NCBI GenBank assembly: GCA_038104845.1
Contig: JAYOBJ010000004.1
Span: forward strand, 14,129-78,128
Length of the DNA stretch: 64,000 nucleotides
From: Methanobacteriota archaeon
GTDB taxonomy: Archaea; Thermoplasmatota; Poseidoniia; Poseidoniales; Poseidoniaceae
Direction of reading: 5' to 3'
Of the stretch, positions 1 through 10,516 are shown piece by piece. Position 1 is the stretch's first letter. Every line of letters starts with the position of its first letter. The notes under the pieces were generated by a model. It was not told where the DNA came from and did not search any database. It saw nothing but the letters and a program-made list of their open reading frames with translations. The translations under genes were made by a program, and so were the position numbers.

Positions 1-2
1 AA

Positions 3-776
3 GGTCGCTTGAGGATGGAGCGCGGTTTGGTTCGTTTCGAGACGGGTGATCTGGAAGGTGCTGAGGCCGATTTGACGTGGGCCGAAACCCGATTGAACTC
101 CGTGGCCAAAGCGAGCCGGGACCACGACCTGGCGCTGCTGAACAAAGCAGCCTACCACTTGGCGTGCGGTGAAGATTTGATGGCCTTGCAGGTCTACGGC
201 GACATCTCGCGCACCGCTGGCCATGCTCACGAAACGATTGCCATCTCCCGCCTTGGTGCATCCCGCATTCGCCATCGCCTCGGGCATGCCTTCGACGCTG
301 CACGGCACGCTTGGAACGCCCACAAACATGCCATGCTGGCAGGCCAAACGCAGATGGCCATCGAAGGTGGTTCGTTGTTCCTCGACCTGGCCATTCATGC
401 ACGCACCGAGGGTGCACCCCCCATGCAAGAACAGGTGGCTGCAGCACAACCTGTGGACTTGGACGGCGACCGTCCTCAACTGCGGGTCAACGGTGACGAC
501 CTTGATGCGGTGTTTGCCTGGTGCGTGGAACACCTTGCGTCGGGGTTTGGTGGTCCAGAACGGCCGGACTTGAGGGCGATGCTCACCATTGCCCATCAAA
601 TGGGCCGCATGGATGCCTTCGACGCGCTCATGCAGCAACCCGATGAAGTCGATGACCCGATGCTGGCGGCGGTGGCACAGGCATGCGCCGAGGACGCTGC
701 TTCGACCGAACGCTGGGGGAGGCGGTTGGCGCAATTGACCTTGCTCGAGCCACCCTCATCGGACGAACAGCCGTGA
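3..776 (+). CDS. Hypothetical helical/TPR-like protein, probably 5'-truncated by the window edge
   Basis: Frame open from window start; Ala/Leu-rich helical pattern; stop overlaps the convergent NUDIX gene. Confidence 0.6.
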   Translation, partial: GRLRMERGLVRFETGDLEGAEADLTWAETRLNSVAKASRDHDLALLNKAAYHLACGEDLMALQVYGDISRTAGHAHETIAISRLGASRIRHRLGHAFDAARHAWNAHKHAMLAGQTQMAIEGGSLFLDLAIHARTEGAPPMQEQVAAAQPVDLDGDRPQLRVNGDDLDAVFAWCVEHLASGFGGPERPDLRAMLTIAHQMGRMDAFDALMQQPDEVDDPMLAAVAQACAEDAASTERWGRRLAQLTLLEPPSSDEQP

Positions 777-1151
777 TACATCATCGAATTCAGAAGGGTC
801 CCACTCGATGGTGGGCGGTGTTTGTGTCCACCATTGGACAGCCTCCACCTTGTTGTCGGGGACGGTCCATGCTTGACGATCGGTCACGGTCACTTCGACA
901 TGGCCCACCCATCCCGTTGGGTAATAGTCGGTGTTCCAGGCCACCAATCGTCCGGTCAGCCCGGTTTCCTCTTTCAATTCCCGCATCAACGCCACCTCAG
1001 GGTCTTCTCCGGGTTCGACGTGGCCCCCTGGCAATTCCCAGCCTCGTGTTGGATGCCGGACGAACGCCACCCTCACCCCTTCGCCAATGGGCGTGATTCG
1101 TTCGCCCACCGGCGTGACCCAGGCAAGCACGAACACCGGCGCTGCAGTCAT
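756..1151 (-). CDS. NUDIX hydrolase
   Basis: Nudix box [23 protein letters not shown]. Confidence 0.9.
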   Translation of the reverse strand: MTAAPVFVLAWVTPVGERITPIGEGVRVAFVRHPTRGWELPGGHVEPGEDPEVALMRELKEETGLTGRLVAWNTDYYPTGWVGHVEVTVTDRQAWTVPDNKVEAVQWWTQTPPTIEWDPSEFDDVSRLFVR

Positions 1152-1155
1152 GCAC

Positions 1156-2169
1156 TCACTCCAATGCGGTCTGGATGTCCTTAAGGTAGGCTTCAGCCCA
1201 AGCCTCGCCGCTCGCCACCAAACGCCGAGCGATGAAGAACGCCTTTTGCACGTCGCCTTGCTCGACCAGGGCCCTGAGTGCCGCTTCCTCGTTGTTTCCC
1301 GACGATCCGGTGGTGTCCTGTTCGTTGTCTTCGGGTTCCGGGGAAGTCGTCGTGCTCACGCGTTCGGTCAAGGCTTCCATGGACCTCAAGAAGGCTTCAC
1401 GACTCGCCACACTTGGGCCCGACCAGGGCACTTTTTCCTCACCGTCCATGTTGGCTTTGAGACGTTCCAAGAAACGGTCACGCTCCAACGTCTGTGGGCG
1501 GAGACGTTGCACATGGTCGTAACAAATCCACGCTTGGTCGGTTTCGGACCGCCGTTCGTGAAGGCGGCCCAACGCCATCCACAGTTCGTGGTTGGTCGGT
1601 CGGTGTGCCAACACGTGTTTGGCGAGGTCAAGGAACACATCGGTCTGGCCGTGCGATCGCAGGCGTTCCAACCGTCTTGAGAACACGATGTTGGCTCGCT
1701 GGTCACGGAAATCAAGCCGACGGCATCGCTGAGCAAACTGTTCAACCGTTTCCTGGGCGGGGGTGCCGTCGCCGTGGTGAACGGTGGACCACCATGCGTC
1801 TGGATCCAACGGGTCACGGACGAACGTGGCGTGAAGCAAGGATTGTCCGACCTCGGTCAAGTCCAACCCCGCCAATTGGTCGACCTGCTCAGGGTCCCGG
1901 CCAAGCACAGAAAAGACATCTTCGAGGAGGGCATGAAGGCCGGCTTCATCGTTGTTCAAGACCTTCAACTCTGCCAGCGCATGCCAGTTGCGCTCATCGG
2001 TGAAGTCATGGAGAATCGCTTGCCGTGCGTTTTGCTCCGCCCAAGCGAGGTTTTCCGAAGCCCGCTCGGGATCGGCTTTGGCCAACCGTGCAAATTTCAT
2101 TGCCGTGGTTCGGTAGCGATTCCCAAGGTTGCGCCGTGGATGCTGCAGCAATGAACGGCTGTCGTCCAT
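1156..2169 (-). CDS. Hypothetical TPR-like protein
   Basis: 337 aa; TPR-like segment [30 protein letters not shown]; packed between the UbiD and NUDIX genes. Confidence 0.7.
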   Translation of the reverse strand: MDDSRSLLQHPRRNLGNRYRTTAMKFARLAKADPERASENLAWAEQNARQAILHDFTDERNWHALAELKVLNNDEAGLHALLEDVFSVLGRDPEQVDQLAGLDLTEVGQSLLHATFVRDPLDPDAWWSTVHHGDGTPAQETVEQFAQRCRRLDFRDQRANIVFSRRLERLRSHGQTDVFLDLAKHVLAHRPTNHELWMALGRLHERRSETDQAWICYDHVQRLRPQTLERDRFLERLKANMDGEEKVPWSGPSVASREAFLRSMEALTERVSTTTSPEPEDNEQDTTGSSGNNEEAALRALVEQGDVQKAFFIARRLVASGEAWAEAYLKDIQTALE

Positions 2170-2178
2170 GGCAAGCCC

Positions 2179-3450
2179 TCACTGTACCGAAATGAATCCA
2201 GACGGGTCGGCATCGGCGTCGATGGTGGCATCGTATCCAATTTTGGACGTCTTTCCATCGCTGTACCTCGATGGGTCGAGGGAACTGCCGCGCTGATTGC
2301 TCAGGATGACGGTGTCTTTGTCGGGTTGCCAACGCGTCATCATGGCCCATTCAACACGGACGGGGTCGGCGATGTCGATGTCCTCGTCCACGACGGTGAC
2401 GATTTTCATGCTCTTGTGGCCGTTGAATGCCGCATGAATGGCTTTGATGCCGTCATCGGCGTTTTGTTTCTTGATCTTCAGCACCGCCCCAAGCCAACCG
2501 CAACCACCCTCGGTCATGTGGACGTCGGTGCAGTTGACGACTTTGTTGACCGCTTCTTTGATGGTGGGTGCTCGCGGCAACCCCATCAAGGTCTTGTGCT
2601 CGGCCTCACCTGGAATCAACGCGTGGAAGATTGGGTCCTTTCGGTGCACCAAGCCATCCACCTCGATCACAGGCTCCTGGCGCACATCATCAACGGTGCC
2701 CGTGATGTCGACGTACGGTCCCTCGTCGTCGTTCTCCAACGTGATGCGTCCCCACCATACATATTCCGCATCGGCAGGGGCGTGGACGCCGTTTGGCATT
2801 TCAACAAGGTGCAACGGCGTCCCGTAAAGGCGTTCGTGGAGGGCTGCTGCGATGGTCAGCTCGTCGATGTTCTCGTTGAACGACATCGCCGCTGCGAGCA
2901 ACACGACGGGGTCGGGAGCATTGACAACGGCGACGTTGACTTCCTCGCCCGCTGCCCGGGCCTCATCCACCATCGTTCGCAGGTGGCGCGGGACCAGGCG
3001 AACGACGAGGTGATTCCCATCTCGCAAAAACTGACGGTGGAACGACACGTTGCGAACACCGTTCCGTTCAGCGATGATGATGCTGGCCGAGGAATAACGG
3101 CCTCGGTCCTGGGGCCAATGGTGTGGGATGGGGACGGTCGTCAAATCCACCGACTCGGGTTGATGCTCGAAACATGCGGCTTCCGAACGTTCGACAAGGA
3201 CCGGCGTCGAGGGGTGTTTCATGGCCCACCCCAGGGTGTCGATGTAGGCCTCTGGTTCAATGCCGATGGCGGCGCACAAGCGGTCGCGGGTGAGCATGTT
3301 GATGGCGGAGGCGTGGCCAGGGCACTCCACGATGTTCTCGAAGACCAGCATGCCGTGGCCGCTTGCTTTGGAGCGTTCCATCATCTCGTGGATGAGGCTG
3401 GTCGGGTCCGCCACACGTGTCGCTGCGCCAAGGTGGTCTCGAAACGCCAT
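2179..3450 (-). CDS. UbiD-family prFMN-dependent decarboxylase
   Basis: RNVSFHR, EGPYVDITG, VTVVDEDIDIADP, GSSLDPS, TSKIGYDAT motifs; start set at ATG 3450. Confidence 0.9.
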   Translation of the reverse strand: MAFRDHLGAATRVADPTSLIHEMMERSKASGHGMLVFENIVECPGHASAINMLTRDRLCAAIGIEPEAYIDTLGWAMKHPSTPVLVERSEAACFEHQPESVDLTTVPIPHHWPQDRGRYSSASIIIAERNGVRNVSFHRQFLRDGNHLVVRLVPRHLRTMVDEARAAGEEVNVAVVNAPDPVVLLAAAMSFNENIDELTIAAALHERLYGTPLHLVEMPNGVHAPADAEYVWWGRITLENDDEGPYVDITGTVDDVRQEPVIEVDGLVHRKDPIFHALIPGEAEHKTLMGLPRAPTIKEAVNKVVNCTDVHMTEGGCGWLGAVLKIKKQNADDGIKAIHAAFNGHKSMKIVTVVDEDIDIADPVRVEWAMMTRWQPDKDTVILSNQRGSSLDPSRYSDGKTSKIGYDATIDADADPSGFISVQ

Positions 3451-3561
3451 GTTGCATCGTGTCGGAACCGTCAATTGAATGTTGTTCAACCAACGCACAC
3501 GGGCAGTGCCAACGTTTCCGTCTTTTTCGCCTCGCAAAGGAGTGGACTGTGAGGGATTTGA

Positions 3562-3568
3562 TTAAATA
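3562..3568 (+). promoter_or_regulatory. Putative TATA box of the rps12-rps7 operon
   Basis: TTAAATA about 30 nt upstream of the GAGGTGA SD at 3598-3604. Confidence 0.5.
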
Positions 3569-3609
3569 GGGGGGGTCAGTCGGCAACCTGCTTCAATGAG
3601 GTGATGATG

Positions 3610-4038
3610 ATGGGACGAGGACTCTTCGCCGGCGCTAAAATGGCCAAAGACCGTCAAAAATTCCGATGGTCCGACCGCCGCTACAAGAAGCGGATGCTCA
3701 AGTCCCGTGCCAAGCACGACCCGCTTGCTGGTTCGACGCAAGCCAAGGGCATCGTTGTCGAGAAGGTCGGCATCGAGGCCAAGCAACCCAACTCGGGCAT
3801 TCGAAAGGCCGTCAAGATCTCGCTCATCAAGAACGGCAACAAGCTCACGGCCTTCGCCCCCGGTGACGGCGCCATCAACTTCATCGACGAACACGATGAG
3901 GTCATGGTCGAAGGTATCGGTGGCCGCATGGGACGTTCGTACGGTGACATTCCCGGTGTCCGCTACAAGGTGATTCAAGTCAACGGCGTGTCCCTTGACG
4001 AAATGGTTCGAGGCCGAAAGGAGAAGCCCGTCCGCTGA
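3610..4038 (+). CDS. rps12: 30S ribosomal protein uS12 (archaeal)
   Basis: [13 protein letters not shown] and [19 protein letters not shown] upstream. Confidence 0.98.
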   Translation: MGRGLFAGAKMAKDRQKFRWSDRRYKKRMLKSRAKHDPLAGSTQAKGIVVEKVGIEAKQPNSGIRKAVKISLIKNGNKLTAFAPGDGAINFIDEHDEVMVEGIGGRMGRSYGDIPGVRYKVIQVNGVSLDEMVRGRKEKPVR

Positions 4039-4048
4039 GGTGAACATC

Positions 4049-4663
4049 ATGAGCGACGCAGAGATCATCGAAGAAGAAACCGTGAAGCCCATCGCTGGCA
4101 TCGGCACCAAGGTGTTCGGCAAGTGGGACGCTTCCGAAGTCACCTGCGCCGACCCCGGCTTGGCGCCGTACATCAACCTCACCACGGTGGGTGTCCCACA
4201 CACCGGTGGGCGCCACGCGAACGCTTGGTTCGGCAAGGCCAAACTCTCCGTCGTGGAGCGCTACATCAACAAACTCATGCGCACCGGTTCCTACACCGGT
4301 AAGAAAATGGGTGCCATGAAAGCGTTCGAAGGGGCCCTCGACAACATTGCCGAACGCTCCGGCGAAAACCCCCTCCAGGTGTTCGTTGATGCCATTTGCA
4401 ACGCCGCCCCCATGGAAGAGATCACCCGAATCAAGTTCGGTGCCGTCTCTCAACCCAAGGCCGTTGACTCCTCGCCCTCTCGCCGTCTTGACGTGGCCCT
4501 GGCCAACCTGGCCAAGGGCGCACAGCAAGGCACTCACAAGTCCAAGCGGACGCTCCAAAGCTGCATCATCAACGAACTGAACAAAGCCAGTCAGGGTGAT
4601 GTGACTTCGTACGCCGTGAGCAAGAAGGAAGAACTGGAGCGCATCGCCGCCTCTGCCCGTTGA
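4049..4663 (+). CDS. rps7: 30S ribosomal protein uS7
   Basis: ENPLQVFVDAICNAAPMEE, VSKKEELERIAASAR; follows rps12. Confidence 0.97.
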   Translation: MSDAEIIEEETVKPIAGIGTKVFGKWDASEVTCADPGLAPYINLTTVGVPHTGGRHANAWFGKAKLSVVERYINKLMRTGSYTGKKMGAMKAFEGALDNIAERSGENPLQVFVDAICNAAPMEEITRIKFGAVSQPKAVDSSPSRRLDVALANLAKGAQQGTHKSKRTLQSCIINELNKASQGDVTSYAVSKKEELERIAASAR

Positions 4664-4788
4664 AGTTCCTTCGAACGGGTGTTTGGACGCCGAGGCGTCC
4701 ATCGTTTTGCTTCAACCGCAATGCACTCTTTGCGAGTCACTTAAGAACCCCTTTCCGGTGGGCCCAAACACACTGAACGGTGGTTAAC

Positions 4789-6996
4789 ATGGGTCGCAAA
4801 GAAGACAACATCAAGAAAGCAACCGAAGTGATGCACGTCCTCCCACAAATTCGGAATTTGTGCATCGCCGCTCACATCGATCACGGGAAGACGACCTTGT
4901 CCGACAACCTCATCGCCGGTGCCGGCATGATGTCCAACGAATTGGCCGGTGCAGCCCGTGTCCTGGACTTTGACGAGCAGGAGTCGGCTCGTGGCATCAC
5001 CATCAACGCCGCCTCCGCTTCGATGGTTCACGCCGTGGAAGGCACGGACTACCTCATCAACCTCATCGATACCCCGGGTCACGTTGACTTCGGTGGCGAC
5101 GTGACACGCGCCATGCGTGCGGTTGACGGCTGTTTCATCTTGGCCTGTGCGGTCGAGGGCCCCATGCCACAAACCGAAACCGTGGTGCGTCAAGCCTTGA
5201 AGGAGAAGGTGAAGCCGGTCTTGTTCATCAACAAGGTCGACCGCCTCATCAACGAACTTCAGGTCACTCCAGAGGACATGATGGCCCGGTTCACCGAGAC
5301 CATCAAGAAGGTCAACAAACTCATCAAGCAGTTTGCTCCTGAAAACAAGAAGAAGGAATGGCAAGTCTCCGTTCAGGACGGCACGGTCGCCTTCGGCTCC
5401 GCTTACCACAACTGGGGAATCACCGTCCCCTACATGGCTAAATCCGGCATTTCCTTCAAGGAAATTTTCGAGTACTGCAACAACGAGGACCAGCGCACCC
5501 TCGCCCAAAAGGCGCCCGTGCACGAAGTCCTGCTGGACATGGCCGTGACCAAACTCCCCGGCCCCATCGAAGCCCAGAAGTACCGCATCCCCAACATTTG
5601 GACCGGTGACCTTGAGTCCGAGATTGGCCAAGCCATGATCAACTGCAATCCCGAGGCCGAACTCGCCATGATGGTCACGAAGATTTGGATGGACCCCCAC
5701 GCCGGTGAAGTGGCTGTGGGCCGAGTCTATTCCGGTGCCATCAACCAAGGTGAATCGGTGTACGCCATTGGTGCAGCCAAGCCTGAGCGCGTTCAACAGG
5801 TCGCCATGATGGTCGGCGGCGACCGCATCACCGTCCCCAAGGTCGTCGCAGGGAACATCGCCGCCGTGACGGGCATCCGCTCCGCCGCTGCCGGTGTGAC
5901 GCTGTCCCGTGCCAAGGACTTCACCCCCTTCGAAGCCATCCGCCACTACTCGGACCCTGTGGTTACGGTGGCTGTTGAGCCCAAGAGCATGAAGGACCTG
6001 CCCAAGTTCATCGACGCGCTTCGCTCTCTGGCCAAGGCCGATGCCTCCCTTCAGGTGACCACCAACCAGGAAACCGGTGAAGCGCTGCTCGCCGGTATGG
6101 GTGAACTCCACTTGGAAATCACCGTCTACCGCATCGAGGAAGAGCAGAACATCAAGGTCAAGGTCAGCCCGCCCATCGTCGTTTACCGTGAAGGTATCCA
6201 GGGCAGCAACCGTGGCAACGCCTTCGAAGGCAAGTCCCCCAACCGTCACAACCGTTTCTTCTTCGAGATTGAGGCCCTCCCCGCTGAAGTTGTCGCTGCG
6301 CTCCGTGCCGGTGAACTCGGTGACGGTCCTGTTCGCAACTCGGATGCCAAGGAAGTGGGCAACAAGTTCGGCGAGCACGGCATGGACAAGGACGTCATGC
6401 GCAAGATCTACGCCATCAACGGCACCAACGTGCTGGTCAACGACACCAAGGGTATCCAAAACCTCCACGAGACCCGTGAACTGATCATTGAAGCGTTCAA
6501 CGAAGTGTGCGTGAAGGGCCCCATCGCAGACGAACCCGTCCAGGGCATGTTTGTCCGCTTGGTGGACGCCAAGCTCCACGAAGACGCCATCCACCGCGGT
6601 CCAGCCCAAACCATTCCGGCTGTTCGCAACGGCATCAAGGGCGCCATGCTACGAGCCCGCACCGTGTTGCTCGAGCCCATGCAGAAGGCGTTCATTTCGG
6701 TCCCCAACGATTGGTTGGGTCAAGTCACCCGTGAAGTGACGACCCGCCGTGGCATCATCGAAGACATGCCCTCGGAAGGCAGCGTCACCACTGTGGTCGG
6801 TGTCATCCCCATCGCTGAAACCTTCGGGTTCTCCAACGACATTCGCGCTGCCTCCCAAGGTCGTGCTGTGTGGAACACGGAGAACCTCGGTTTCGAAATT
6901 TTGCCACCTCAACTCTTCGACAAAGTGGTTGGTGAAATCCGGACCCGCAAGGGCTTGAAGCCAGAACCCAACCCCGAATCCTACTATGCCGAGTGA
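4789..6996 (+). CDS. fusA: Elongation factor 2 (aEF-2)
   Basis: AHIDHGKTT, RGITI, DTPGHVDF, NKVD; diphthamide loop HEDAIHRG. Confidence 0.98.
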   Translation: MGRKEDNIKKATEVMHVLPQIRNLCIAAHIDHGKTTLSDNLIAGAGMMSNELAGAARVLDFDEQESARGITINAASASMVHAVEGTDYLINLIDTPGHVDFGGDVTRAMRAVDGCFILACAVEGPMPQTETVVRQALKEKVKPVLFINKVDRLINELQVTPEDMMARFTETIKKVNKLIKQFAPENKKKEWQVSVQDGTVAFGSAYHNWGITVPYMAKSGISFKEIFEYCNNEDQRTLAQKAPVHEVLLDMAVTKLPGPIEAQKYRIPNIWTGDLESEIGQAMINCNPEAELAMMVTKIWMDPHAGEVAVGRVYSGAINQGESVYAIGAAKPERVQQVAMMVGGDRITVPKVVAGNIAAVTGIRSAAAGVTLSRAKDFTPFEAIRHYSDPVVTVAVEPKSMKDLPKFIDALRSLAKADASLQVTTNQETGEALLAGMGELHLEITVYRIEEEQNIKVKVSPPIVVYREGIQGSNRGNAFEGKSPNRHNRFFFEIEALPAEVVAALRAGELGDGPVRNSDAKEVGNKFGEHGMDKDVMRKIYAINGTNVLVNDTKGIQNLHETRELIIEAFNEVCVKGPIADEPVQGMFVRLVDAKLHEDAIHRGPAQTIPAVRNGIKGAMLRARTVLLEPMQKAFISVPNDWLGQVTREVTTRRGIIEDMPSEGSVTTVVGVIPIAETFGFSNDIRAASQGRAVWNTENLGFEILPPQLFDKVVGEIRTRKGLKPEPNPESYYAE

Positions 6997-7468
6997 TCCG
7001 TTCACCGGTGTCGTGGTCGGGCTGCACGTCAACCCCAACGGCGGGGTGCCCAAGCACCCCGTGGCAACCCTTCGGGTCCATTCCGAGGGTTGCGATGGAG
7101 ACCGCCAGAACGACCGCCGTCACCACGGTGGTCCCGACCGAGCGGTTTGCCTCATGGCGGAAGAAATCTTGACGGAATTGATCGCTGACGGTCATCCCAT
7201 TCATCCGGGGTCAACGGGTGAAAACGTGCTGATCTCCGGGATTGAACCCACGGCGTATGCACCGGGCGTCCACTTGAACTTTGAAAGCGGTGTGGTGCTG
7301 GAAATCACGACGGATGCCCCCCCTTGCGCCACCATTTCTGCATCGTTCATTGACGGCAGGTTCCACGCGCTGTCCCACAAACGGCAGGTGGCCGTCACCC
7401 GCTGGTACGCTCGGGTGGTCGAGGAAGGGAACCTGTCGTTGGGTCAGTCGGTCTTGCATTCTCAATGA
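6986..7468 (+). CDS. MOSC/YiiM-like domain protein
   Basis: GGVPK, GDRQNDRRHHGGPDRAVCL, GSTGENV, PCATI, YARVVEEG. Confidence 0.85.
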   Translation: MPSDPFTGVVVGLHVNPNGGVPKHPVATLRVHSEGCDGDRQNDRRHHGGPDRAVCLMAEEILTELIADGHPIHPGSTGENVLISGIEPTAYAPGVHLNFESGVVLEITTDAPPCATISASFIDGRFHALSHKRQVAVTRWYARVVEEGNLSLGQSVLHSQ

Positions 7469-9213
7469 AGACGGGCGAGTTGGAAATCCGTGAGTTCACG
7501 CAGAGCACGCAAGGCAGGGGTTTTGGGGAGCCGGTCCAGGCATTCATGGGCTTCTTGATGAAACGCTTCGGCACGTGAGCGAGCGTAGCCGATGGAACCG
7601 AGTTCATCCAAGGCCTGAAGGGCGGACTTGAGGACCTTGGGGTCAACGTTGTCACCGTGACCCAAGGCGGCGAGCAAGCGATCCTTCGCCGGCTGATCGG
7701 TTTGAGCAAGCGCATGAATGATCATCAACGTGCGCTTCCCTTGGGCCACATCGGAGCCTGCGGGTTTCCCCAAGGTGTCCGAATCCGAGAGCACATCGAT
7801 GAGGTCGTCCATCAGTTGGAAACACAAGCCAACAGCGAGCCCCCACTGAGCCATCAAGGCAATGACATCCTCGTCGGCCCCAGAGATGCGTGCGCCGATT
7901 TCAGCGCAGGTCAGGAACATCACGGCGGTTTTCCCTTCGATCATCTGAAGGTAGTCGGCTTCGTCCACGTCGAGCCGTTCTTCAAATTCGATGTCCATTT
8001 GCTGACCCTCACTGACCCTTCGAACCATCCACGCGATTCGGTTGACAAGTGGCGCCACGTCCTCTGGTTCGAGGTTCTCAGCCTGAACCAAGCGCTCAAA
8101 CGCAATCGCCAGCATGGCGTCGCCTGCATTGATGGCGGTCGGCATCCCGTACTCGATGTGGACGGCATTGCGCCCCCTTCGAAGTTCATCGTCGTCCATG
8201 ATATCGTCGTGGACCAGCGTAAAATTGTGCACGGTTTCAATGGCTGCACCGATGTCCAACAGCCCCGAATGGGTGTCACCGACGGCTTTGGCCACCAGCC
8301 ATGGTAAGGTCGCTCTCATGCGTTTTCCACCGCCTTCGATGAGGTGCATCATGGCTCGGCCAAGTCGCTCGTGTTGCGAGGCTTTGAGGCTGGATTCAAT
8401 CCGCCACTCGACCAAGGACTTGACCTCCCTGATGGACGTGAGAAGGTCGGCACCGACGGCGTCCGGGAGCATGTGGCTGACATCACCCATGTCGTGGATG
8501 AGGTCGTCCGACAACGCCTTGCTCGCTTCCACCTCCCCACAAGCATCCCACCATGCCTCGGTCATGATCCTCGCTGCAATGCAACGGAACCAAGGCGCGA
8601 CCACTTCACCGGGGGACGGTTCCGCCAACAGCATCGCTTCAAGTTCATCGTACGTGACCCATCGGGTGTCGGCCACCTCGTTGGGGTTTGGGTTCACCTG
8701 AAGGTCGGCTTTCATCACGAGAATGTGGTCCAGTTCACGTTCAATCCACGTTTCGTTCATCCGAGCAGCGTAACGCATTTTCGTCATGAACACCATGTCC
8801 TCCATCTTCAGGTGCTCCGGGTCGACGCCCAGTTCCTGTTCCATTTTTCGCACGGCGGCTCGCTTGACACCCATGGCGTTTTCCACATCAAGTTCCCCTT
8901 TGTCGTGGAGTGGATGGGAGCAACAGGTGTTGGCCCACACGCCTGGAAAGGTAACTTTGTCCTCCGACCGTTGTTGCAACAACAGTCGGTGTTGACTGTC
9001 AAAAACGAGCAAACTGAACGCCCGGTGAAATTGACCCTGTCCGCGGTGGGCTTCCACCTTGGATACCGGGCCCAAGACATTGTCCCATTCGTCAACGGCG
9101 ATCAGCGATTCCGCCATCAACGCTGCTTGATGCCGATCGTGGCCCTCGAGCTGCGAGCGTTCTTCATCGCTCAGCACGGTGTGCGGCACATCTTGGATTC
9201 CATAGCCTCCCAT
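7462..9213 (-). CDS. idi-idsA: Fused type 1 isopentenyl-diphosphate isomerase + geranylgeranyl diphosphate synthase
   Basis: N-terminal HRAFS, TFPGVWANTCCSHP; C-terminal GGKRMR, LVHDDIMDDD, GQQMD, FQLMDDLID. Confidence 0.93.
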   Translation of the reverse strand: MGGYGIQDVPHTVLSDEERSQLEGHDRHQAALMAESLIAVDEWDNVLGPVSKVEAHRGQGQFHRAFSLLVFDSQHRLLLQQRSEDKVTFPGVWANTCCSHPLHDKGELDVENAMGVKRAAVRKMEQELGVDPEHLKMEDMVFMTKMRYAARMNETWIERELDHILVMKADLQVNPNPNEVADTRWVTYDELEAMLLAEPSPGEVVAPWFRCIAARIMTEAWWDACGEVEASKALSDDLIHDMGDVSHMLPDAVGADLLTSIREVKSLVEWRIESSLKASQHERLGRAMMHLIEGGGKRMRATLPWLVAKAVGDTHSGLLDIGAAIETVHNFTLVHDDIMDDDELRRGRNAVHIEYGMPTAINAGDAMLAIAFERLVQAENLEPEDVAPLVNRIAWMVRRVSEGQQMDIEFEERLDVDEADYLQMIEGKTAVMFLTCAEIGARISGADEDVIALMAQWGLAVGLCFQLMDDLIDVLSDSDTLGKPAGSDVAQGKRTLMIIHALAQTDQPAKDRLLAALGHGDNVDPKVLKSALQALDELGSIGYARSRAEAFHQEAHECLDRLPKTPALRALRELTDFQLARLH

Positions 9214-9271
9214 GGTCACGCCCCCTCCAAGGTCAGCGCGGCGGCTACATGAACAGTTCCACGGCGGTCGG

Positions 9272-10087
9272 TCAACGCTCGTCCGCCAGCAACGACGTTC
9301 CCACCACACTTTTGCCAAGGCAGGCGTCTGTAAGCCGGCCGCGAACCTCGCCGTTCACCAAGATGACCTCGCAACCGTCGCGAGCCGCCTCAAACCCTCG
9401 ATGCACCTTCAAACCAATGCCACCCGTGACGTCCATGTAGGCGGCGTGTTCCCCTTCAAACGCAGTGGATGGGGTCAGCACCTCGATCAGGTCTTGCTCA
9501 AATCCATCCACCGGTGGCGAGCGCAACACGCCATCAACCCCGCCCATGGCGAACACCACACGGGTCACGCGTTCCACCTCCTTGGCCAAGCGAGCCACGA
9601 GGTCATCCCCGGACAGGATGCCGAAGTCGCGGGGCGGTTCGCACGGCACAACATCGCCGTACGTCACCACGACGATGCCGTGGGGTGCCGTTCGAAAGAC
9701 CTCCAAATCGGCGCCGAAATTCAGCCCTGTTCCGTTGACCCAGCGGTGAGGAGACCACCGCACGGCGCTGACATCGTGTGCCGTGAGGGCGTCCATGACG
9801 CGATCGTTGAGTTCCAACATGTCCTGCTGAACGGCTTTGACCGCATCACCTTGCGTCATGTTGCCGTCGGTGAATCCATCGATGTGACCTTCTGCGAGCC
9901 GGTATTGTTTCGCTTTCAAATGACCAAACGAACCCGCTCCATGAACCAAGAGCACGTCGACGCCGTTGTTGATGACGGTCCGCAGTTCTTCAGCGAGGGC
10001 ATCAATGACCTGATCATTGACGGTTTTCATGGTGGATTTGTTGGTGATCAAACCCCCTCCCCATTTCACCACCACGCACGGTCGCAT
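9272..10087 (-). CDS. ipk: Isopentenyl phosphate kinase
   Basis: KWGGGLIT, VHGAGSFGH, ILSGDD, DVTGGIGLK; upstream of IDI-GGPPS. Confidence 0.9.
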   Translation of the reverse strand: MRPCVVVKWGGGLITNKSTMKTVNDQVIDALAEELRTVINNGVDVLLVHGAGSFGHLKAKQYRLAEGHIDGFTDGNMTQGDAVKAVQQDMLELNDRVMDALTAHDVSAVRWSPHRWVNGTGLNFGADLEVFRTAPHGIVVVTYGDVVPCEPPRDFGILSGDDLVARLAKEVERVTRVVFAMGGVDGVLRSPPVDGFEQDLIEVLTPSTAFEGEHAAYMDVTGGIGLKVHRGFEAARDGCEVILVNGEVRGRLTDACLGKSVVGTSLLADER

Positions 10088-10171
10088 GGCTTGAGCAACA
10101 GGACAACGGCCATGAGCCTATCGCCGTGTGGTGGGGCAAGCATTGATGTGCTTGAGCAAGAACCGGCTGCC

Positions 10172-10510
10172 ATGGATGAACAACCCACGGTGGAGGCCTT
10201 CATGCGTCACCTGCAGGTGTGCTTGGAGGAGGCGGCCACCATTGGGGATGCCCAAGAGCGAGAGCAGCGTTGCTGGCAAATCGAAGCGGCGCTTCAAGAG
10301 GCCATTCTCTACAAGAACCGTGTGGAGCAGTTGCTGCAGCACGGTGTTGACCCGATTCACTTGGTTCAACCCGCTCCCGATGGCACGCGAGCCCCCGCCC
10401 CCCGAAAAATTGAGGCGCTCAACGGGTCACATCGGCACTGCCAGAAATGCGGTGCTGGGCTTGAAAACGATCTCGACTTCTGCCCGGCATGTGGGCACGA
10501 GAATGCGTGA
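10172..10510 (+). CDS. Small protein with C-terminal zinc ribbon
   Basis: CQKCG...FCPACG; the protein-like part of the listed 9212..10510 ORF begins at ATG 10172. Confidence 0.7.
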   Translation: MDEQPTVEAFMRHLQVCLEEAATIGDAQEREQRCWQIEAALQEAILYKNRVEQLLQHGVDPIHLVQPAPDGTRAPAPRKIEALNGSHRHCQKCGAGLENDLDFCPACGHENA

Positions 10511-10516
10511 GGCCGG

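Noticed and set aside
2326..6609. Long antisense ORFs (2326..3552, 3562..4242, 4741..6609 and similar ones window-wide)
   Set aside because: Shadow frames of well-supported genes in GC-rich, codon-biased DNA; no recognisable motifs
4789..6996. Possible diphthamide-less EF-2 paralogue
   Set aside because: The canonical HEDAIHRG target His is present
9212..10171. N-terminal 320 codons of the 432-aa ORF 9212..10510
   Set aside because: Mostly antisense to ipk; only the part from ATG 10172 looks protein-like
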